A stretch of 64,000 nt of DNA, from NCBI GenBank assembly GCA_050298055.1, contig JBNKTL010000005.1:77104-141103 (forward strand), written 5' to 3'. Shown here in pieces: positions 59,440 to 64,000 of the stretch. How positions within the stretch are numbered: the stretch's first letter is position 1; every line of letters begins with the position of its first letter. The DNA comes from Spirochaetota bacterium (lineage in GTDB: Bacteria > Spirochaetota > UBA4802 > UBA5550). The position numbers and the translations under genes are program-made. The notes below the pieces were generated by a model. It was not told the DNA's origin, did not search any database, and saw nothing but the letters and a program-made list of their open reading frames with translations.

Positions 59440-60618
59440 TTAAGCCCTGAACCTGTCTGTGGGTATCTGGATCTGCGGTACGCCGATAGTAAACCCGTTT
59501 TCAACCCACTCTTTTAAGAGGTCGGCTATCTTTTTTGCCATGGGGTAACTTGAGAGGGGAGAGGCGGGGACTTTTTTTCCCATTATTTCCACGCTTCCCG
59601 ACTTAAGCCGGGCATAACTGACCTCACCCAGGGTCCTGTTCTCGGCATTTGGATAATCGCTGCCGTAATCAACAACCGGGCAGTAGATGTCCCTGTCTGA
59701 TATTCCCGTAAAGTACGCCATATCCTCGTTAATAATAGGGATCGGGATGCCCAGTCCCACCATGAGGGAGGTCCCGTATCCTGAGAGTGAAGTGCCCCTG
59801 ATAAATTTCCCGGACATCTCTTTCAGGTTCCCGGTAACCGCTATTGTTCCCGCCCCTTCTTTCACAACACCGTTTTCACCCCGTTTGACAACGGGGCTGT
59901 GCTGTGTCCCCTGCCATGTGACGGCGCCGGTTGTTCCGCCCAGGAAGATCTTTGTCCCGGTACCGATGGTCCAGTAGAAGGGATCATTGAGAAGGGGGGA
60001 GAGCTGCCCCGCGCTTGAATAGTTTGCGTTCCCCATCTCCGGTTTCAGTATGCCCATATAAGTATAGATGGTCTTCTCCGAGAGGTTTACCGCGCAGTTA
60101 TAGTTCTGGTAGGCGTTTCTCGGGTTATAGAGAAATGCGTCACGCAGATCATCAAGTGTAATATCTGCCTGGTGTTCCTTTAAGGGATAGCAGTCTGTTC
60201 CGTAGCCGATTGCCTTGAGGCGTACCTTTTTCCCTGAAATAAGGTCTTCTATCACATGACCGCCTCCATATTTAAACTCACCCGGATGGACCTTGTTCAA
60301 TGGATCGTCTTTGTGGACCTGTGCCGCCCCGATGTAGCAGTCAACTGCCGCAATCCCCGCGTATGCTTCAACATCGTTGAGCCAGACCCGGGAAGCTTTT
60401 ATCTTCGGCCTGGTATGCCCGAAGTTGATAAATGCGCCGGAGGAACACATCACGCCGAAGGTCCCGGTTGTGACCACATCGACTTTTTTGAAGGCGTTCT
60501 TTACGCCCTCTTCGGCCACAATATCCGGCATCTGGTCGGCGGTTACAACAACAGCTTTTCCTTCTTTTATCTTTTTGTTTATCTCTTCATAGCTCTTTTC
60601 TATCTTTATCCCGCTCAT
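59440..60618 (-). CDS. DUF39 homocysteine-biosynthesis protein (aspartate-semialdehyde sulfurtransferase family)
   Basis: EINKKI..GKAVV.TA, VDVVTTGTFG.M.SSG, YGGGHVIEDL, NPRNAYQNY, GQLSPLLNDP, GTQH. Confidence 0.9.
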   Translation of the reverse strand: MSGIKIEKSYEEINKKIKEGKAVVVTADQMPDIVAEEGVKNAFKKVDVVTTGTFGVMCSSGAFINFGHTRPKIKASRVWLNDVEAYAGIAAVDCYIGAAQVHKDDPLNKVHPGEFKYGGGHVIEDLISGKKVRLKAIGYGTDCYPLKEHQADITLDDLRDAFLYNPRNAYQNYNCAVNLSEKTIYTYMGILKPEMGNANYSSAGQLSPLLNDPFYWTIGTGTKIFLGGTTGAVTWQGTQHSPVVKRGENGVVKEGAGTIAVTGNLKEMSGKFIRGTSLSGYGTSLMVGLGIPIPIINEDMAYFTGISDRDIYCPVVDYGSDYPNAENRTLGEVSYARLKSGSVEIMGKKVPASPLSSYPMAKKIADLLKEWVENGFTIGVPQIQIPTDRFRA

Positions 60619-60643
60619 GATATGCTCCGTATTGAAAATATAA

Positions 60644-60780
60644 ATGACTATCAAGTTCTATGAATAAAAATTTATATTTTTTAAAATATCAACAATATGT
60701 CCCCGCCGCTCAAGGTGGGGACACATCAGTTGTGTTTTTTTGCTAAATATGATTTTTCTTATACATAGCTGAGTAGTAAC
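60644..60780. mobile_element. Palindromic element copy E
   Basis: tgtccccgcc...ggtggggaca, ends atacatagctgagtagtaac. Confidence 0.7.
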
Positions 60781-60993
60781 AAGTAAAATTACATTTTTCA
60801 ATGTTTTTATTCTGTATCAACAACTTTTCGGGAATTGTTACCTTATATTCCATAAACATTGATGGTTTCTTTACGATAAAAAATTAATGACACCTGTTGA
60901 TTCATAGGTTAAAATATTTTGGCTTTAATACCGGTTTTCATTAATGATGTTTGTAATGACCAGTAAAAGAGAATAATTCCGGAGGTGACTCCA

Positions 60994-62103
60994 ATGGCAG
61001 TATTTGAGGAGCTGGAGAGAGACAGTCACGAAGAGGTTGTTTTCGGATATGACCGGGACGCGGGCCTGAAGGCAATAATAGCCATACACAATACCTCCCT
61101 TGGTCCCGCCCTGGGGGGGACCAGGATGTGGCCCTATGAGAGTGAGTCCGAGGCGCTGAAGGATGTCCTGAGGCTTTCAAGAGGTATGACCTACAAGGCG
61201 GCCCTTGCGGGATTGAATCTCGGCGGCGGTAAGGCGGTCATTATCGGTGATCCGGAAAAGGACAAAAATGAGATACTCTTCAGGGCTTTCGGCAGACTTG
61301 TGGAAGGTCTCCACGGGAGGTATATTACCGCGGAGGATGTGGGTACGACCCCCTGTGACATGGAATGGGTCCGTGCGGAAACAAAGTATGTAACCGGTAT
61401 TGAAGAAGCCCATGGAGGCAGCGGCGACCCGTCACCGGTTACCGCCCGGGGGGTCTATTCGGGGATCAGGGCCTGTGTTGAGGAGGCCCTGGGAAAGAGT
61501 TCATTGAAGGGGATCTCGGTTGCAATTCAGGGTGCCGGTCATGTGGGCCTCAACCTGGCTGAACTTCTCTGGAGAGACGGAGCAGTCATTTATATCTGTG
61601 ATATAAACAGTGAAAGGGCCAAAATTGCCGTTGAGAAGTATAATGCCATTGAAACGGACCCTGATGATATCTACTCTCTTGATGTGGATATATTCACTCC
61701 CTGTGCCCTGGGCGCTGTAATTAATGACAGAACCATCGATATGTTCAAATGCGGGATAATCGCGGGTGCTGCCAATAACCAGCTTGATGACGAGTTAAGG
61801 CACGGGAGGATGCTCATGGAGAAGAACATCCTCTACGCCCCCGACTATGCTATAAATTCGGGGGGGCTGATAAACGTGGAGAATGAGCTTGAAGGATATA
61901 ACAGGGAGAGGGCGTCTAACCAGGCAGAAGGGATATACGATATTATTAAAAGCATCATACGGCTTTCCCGGGAGGAGGGTATTCCCACAAATGCGGCATC
62001 CAACCGTATCGCAGAAATGCGCATCGAGAGGGTGGGCAGGTTAAGGAGGAAGTTCGTTTCGGTCCCTCCCCATATCTTCAGGGGAGGAAGGATCTTTAAG
62101 TGA
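60994..62103 (+). CDS. Glu/Leu/Phe/Val dehydrogenase (leucine dehydrogenase-like)
   Basis: LGPALGGTRM, GMTYK, GGGKAVI, YITAEDVGT, GDPS..TA.G, AGAANNQL. Confidence 0.93.
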   Translation: MAVFEELERDSHEEVVFGYDRDAGLKAIIAIHNTSLGPALGGTRMWPYESESEALKDVLRLSRGMTYKAALAGLNLGGGKAVIIGDPEKDKNEILFRAFGRLVEGLHGRYITAEDVGTTPCDMEWVRAETKYVTGIEEAHGGSGDPSPVTARGVYSGIRACVEEALGKSSLKGISVAIQGAGHVGLNLAELLWRDGAVIYICDINSERAKIAVEKYNAIETDPDDIYSLDVDIFTPCALGAVINDRTIDMFKCGIIAGAANNQLDDELRHGRMLMEKNILYAPDYAINSGGLINVENELEGYNRERASNQAEGIYDIIKSIIRLSREEGIPTNAASNRIAEMRIERVGRLRRKFVSVPPHIFRGGRIFK

Positions 62104-62131
62104 GGAAGGAGGGCCTGAGCCCTCCTTCCTC
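62102..62131. terminator. Hairpin between converging genes
   Basis: gaggaaggagggc-ctga-gccctccttcctc, perfect 13-bp stem. Confidence 0.75.
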
Positions 62132-62150
62132 TTCGAATATATAATCTCTT

Positions 62151-63197
62151 TTACATATTGGGAATATTCTTAACACTTCCCTCTTTTTTCTCCTGCTCCC
62201 TTTTCTTCTTTCGCTCAAGTTCTTTTTGTACAAGGCGCTCTTTTTCAAGACGCTCTTTTTCAAGGCGTTCTTTTCTCAGGCGTTCTTTTGCAAGACGTTC
62301 GTTTCTCAGACGCTCGCTTTCCCGTTTTTGCAGTGCCTGTTTTTCTTCTTCTTTCTTTTTCAGTTCTTCCTCTTTTTTCTTCCGTTCTGCTTCCTCTTTC
62401 TTCTTTTTCTCCTCTAACTCCTTCTCAGCATCCTTTTTGCTGACCTCTTCGGCGATCTCAATTTTTATTCCCAGGTTTTCCGCTTCCTTTTTTAAGGATG
62501 TATTCAGATTCTTATCTGCTTTCAGATCTTTTGCTTCTTCCCTGATCTCTTCGATTTCTTCGGTCTTCAGAGCGGCAACTGCGATCTCTTTTGTCTTGTC
62601 TGTTGTAATTTCTTCAACTTCTTTTACGTCCAGTTTGACGGTTTTGTTCTTTTCAACGACTTTTTCAACTTCTTCTATGACTTTACCCTTTTTAACCGGG
62701 TTGACCTTTATCTTTCCTGACAGAACATCAATGCGCGCTGCCTTTTTGTCGGCGGAGACCCTGAAGGATGTCCCCCTTACTGAGGCAACCGCGGTCGGGG
62801 TTTTTATTTTCAGGTTTGACCCCTTGGTGAATTTGGACATAACCACAAAGACCTTGCCGCTCCCCATGGTCATGGATGAATCATCCTTCTCCGGAGTACT
62901 GATAAGACGGTCAATTTGCAACTCTGTATTTTCACTGAGCCTGAATACTCCCTTGTTGCCATACTGTATGTCGATTAGTGACCCCTTCCCTGTGATGACG
63001 GTATTTCCTGTTTCTATGCCATCCCCCGGCTGGAGGGCGTGTGTTCCCGATTGGGACCTGGCTTTTACATCACCAAGGACAAATTTAGTGACCATGACAA
63101 ATTCTTTCTCAGTTTCCTTTTTGCAGGAAATATTTGCTATTAAGACCAGGGCCAGCCCAAATACCGTTAAATTGAATAGACTTCTCTTTTTCTTCAT
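62151..63197 (-). CDS. FecR-domain lipoprotein (LipL45-like) with a charged coiled-coil tail
   Basis: Signal ending ISCKK; TPTAVASVRGTSF; C-terminal ERL[RAE]K pentapeptide repeats. Confidence 0.8.
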   Translation of the reverse strand: MKKKRSLFNLTVFGLALVLIANISCKKETEKEFVMVTKFVLGDVKARSQSGTHALQPGDGIETGNTVITGKGSLIDIQYGNKGVFRLSENTELQIDRLISTPEKDDSSMTMGSGKVFVVMSKFTKGSNLKIKTPTAVASVRGTSFRVSADKKAARIDVLSGKIKVNPVKKGKVIEEVEKVVEKNKTVKLDVKEVEEITTDKTKEIAVAALKTEEIEEIREEAKDLKADKNLNTSLKKEAENLGIKIEIAEEVSKKDAEKELEEKKKKEEAERKKKEEELKKKEEEKQALQKRESERLRNERLAKERLRKERLEKERLEKERLVQKELERKKKREQEKKEGSVKNIPNM

Positions 63198-63210
63198 ATT
63201 TCGTCCCTCC

Positions 63211-63948
63211 TTATTGATCCTTTTTTTCCTGATCACCTGAAGTACTGAATGAATAGATGACTGCCAGGGTAAACCCGTAGAAATCGTGTTTTATATCACT
63301 GGTATACCCGGAATCATTGTTTGCGTAGTCTGTCCAGAAGCGCTGATACCGGAACCCGGCGGTTATGGTTGTTGATGCCGGAGTGATATAATAGGCAAGT
63401 GAAAGGTTTGAATTAAAGCCATATTCAACCATATCAATACTGTCAGAGCCATCTTCATGGCTTCCCCAGGCGTAGAGACCGGAAAAATTTCCCAGGAAGT
63501 AAAGGTTCCCGATGGCATGGAGTGTAACACCGATACCGAGGCCGGGGCCGATTGACTGGTGTTTCCCGTCTCCGCCATCGCTGTCCCACCTGAAGCCGAT
63601 GACCTTCAGCCCGCCGAATATCTTCAGAAACTTGAAAAGGTTATAATTCAGGGCCGTATCCGAATCATAGCGGATTAAATTACTTGTATCACTGGAATTT
63701 TCCGGTTTGAATTTCCCGTATAAAAAAAGTGTTGAAAGGCTCCAGGTATTGTTAAACCTGAAGGAAGCCAGAGGACCGTAAAGGAATGCCGGCTTCAGGT
63801 CCATTCCGCCGCTATCCGAATCTTCCTCTTCCATGTTCCAGATGCTGTACCAGCCGGTAAGACCGAGGCTTATATCAAGTGAATAAGCCGGGCTCATGGA
63901 TGCTCCTGTTATGACCATGAACAGAGTTAAGGTAAGAATTTTTTTCAT
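63211..63948 (-). CDS. Outer-membrane beta-barrel-like hypothetical protein
   Basis: Signal peptide MKKILTL..., amphipathic aromatic strands; GGAG RBS. Confidence 0.6.
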   Translation of the reverse strand: MKKILTLTLFMVITGASMSPAYSLDISLGLTGWYSIWNMEEEDSDSGGMDLKPAFLYGPLASFRFNNTWSLSTLFLYGKFKPENSSDTSNLIRYDSDTALNYNLFKFLKIFGGLKVIGFRWDSDGGDGKHQSIGPGLGIGVTLHAIGNLYFLGNFSGLYAWGSHEDGSDSIDMVEYGFNSNLSLAYYITPASTTITAGFRYQRFWTDYANNDSGYTSDIKHDFYGFTLAVIYSFSTSGDQEKKDQ

Positions 63949-64000
63949 ATTGAAGCTCCTTATTTGTTTCAAAACTTATTACGATTACTTTTATAACTAC

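Noticed and set aside
62158..63240. 360-aa plus-strand ORF
   Set aside because: Antisense shadow of the Lys/Glu-rich FecR lipoprotein; Phe/Ser low-complexity product
1..64000. tRNA, rRNA or known riboswitches (THF, cobalamin, SAM)
   Set aside because: No convincing consensus found by eye; a covariance-model scan would be needed to exclude them

Overview
Bacterial DNA from a diderm anaerobe. Spirochaetota is a tentative inference from the LipL45/FecR-like and beta-propeller lipoproteins. 1-20.1 kb is a co-oriented Wood-Ljungdahl cluster: fhs (5'-truncated), cooC/acsF, folD, a small unknown ORF, acsD, cooS, acsB, acsC, acsE, hdrC, hdrB, a 1492-aa HdrA with an inserted GltD/NfnB-like NAD(P)H module (HdrL type), a selenocysteine-recoded mvhD, metV and metF. 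20.1-27.8 kb is an AT-rich accessory block (TlpA, outer-membrane and 198-bp-repeat lipoproteins, a frameshifted nucleotidyltransferase, vapBC, SMI1/KNR4). It lies between metF and a second cooC, and its sub-blocks are bracketed by diverged direct repeats, one a duplicated metF 3' end. Further on are pabC/queD/panE, an Rrf2 regulator, a NuoE/NuoF/large-subunit operon resembling the Stn electron-bifurcating transhydrogenase, PhoH2, an ACAD10/11-like kinase plus acyl-CoA dehydrogenase facing etfBA, and pabAB. The last third holds two CBS-DUF294 nucleotidyltransferases with a DEDDh exonuclease and a sodium:solute symporter, CIRCE-controlled Hsp20 genes, a cold-shock gene, a DUF39/UPF0280/NIL-ferredoxin homocysteine operon and leucine dehydrogenase. 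Best leads: a near-identical ~215-aa NADP(H)-type domain shared by HdrL and the Stn-like large subunit; the Sec-MvhD; the metF-anchored insertion; a ~140-bp palindromic element with about six copies; and the DUF294/exonuclease/symporter module. All calls come from motif recognition and by-eye alignment; no database search was run.
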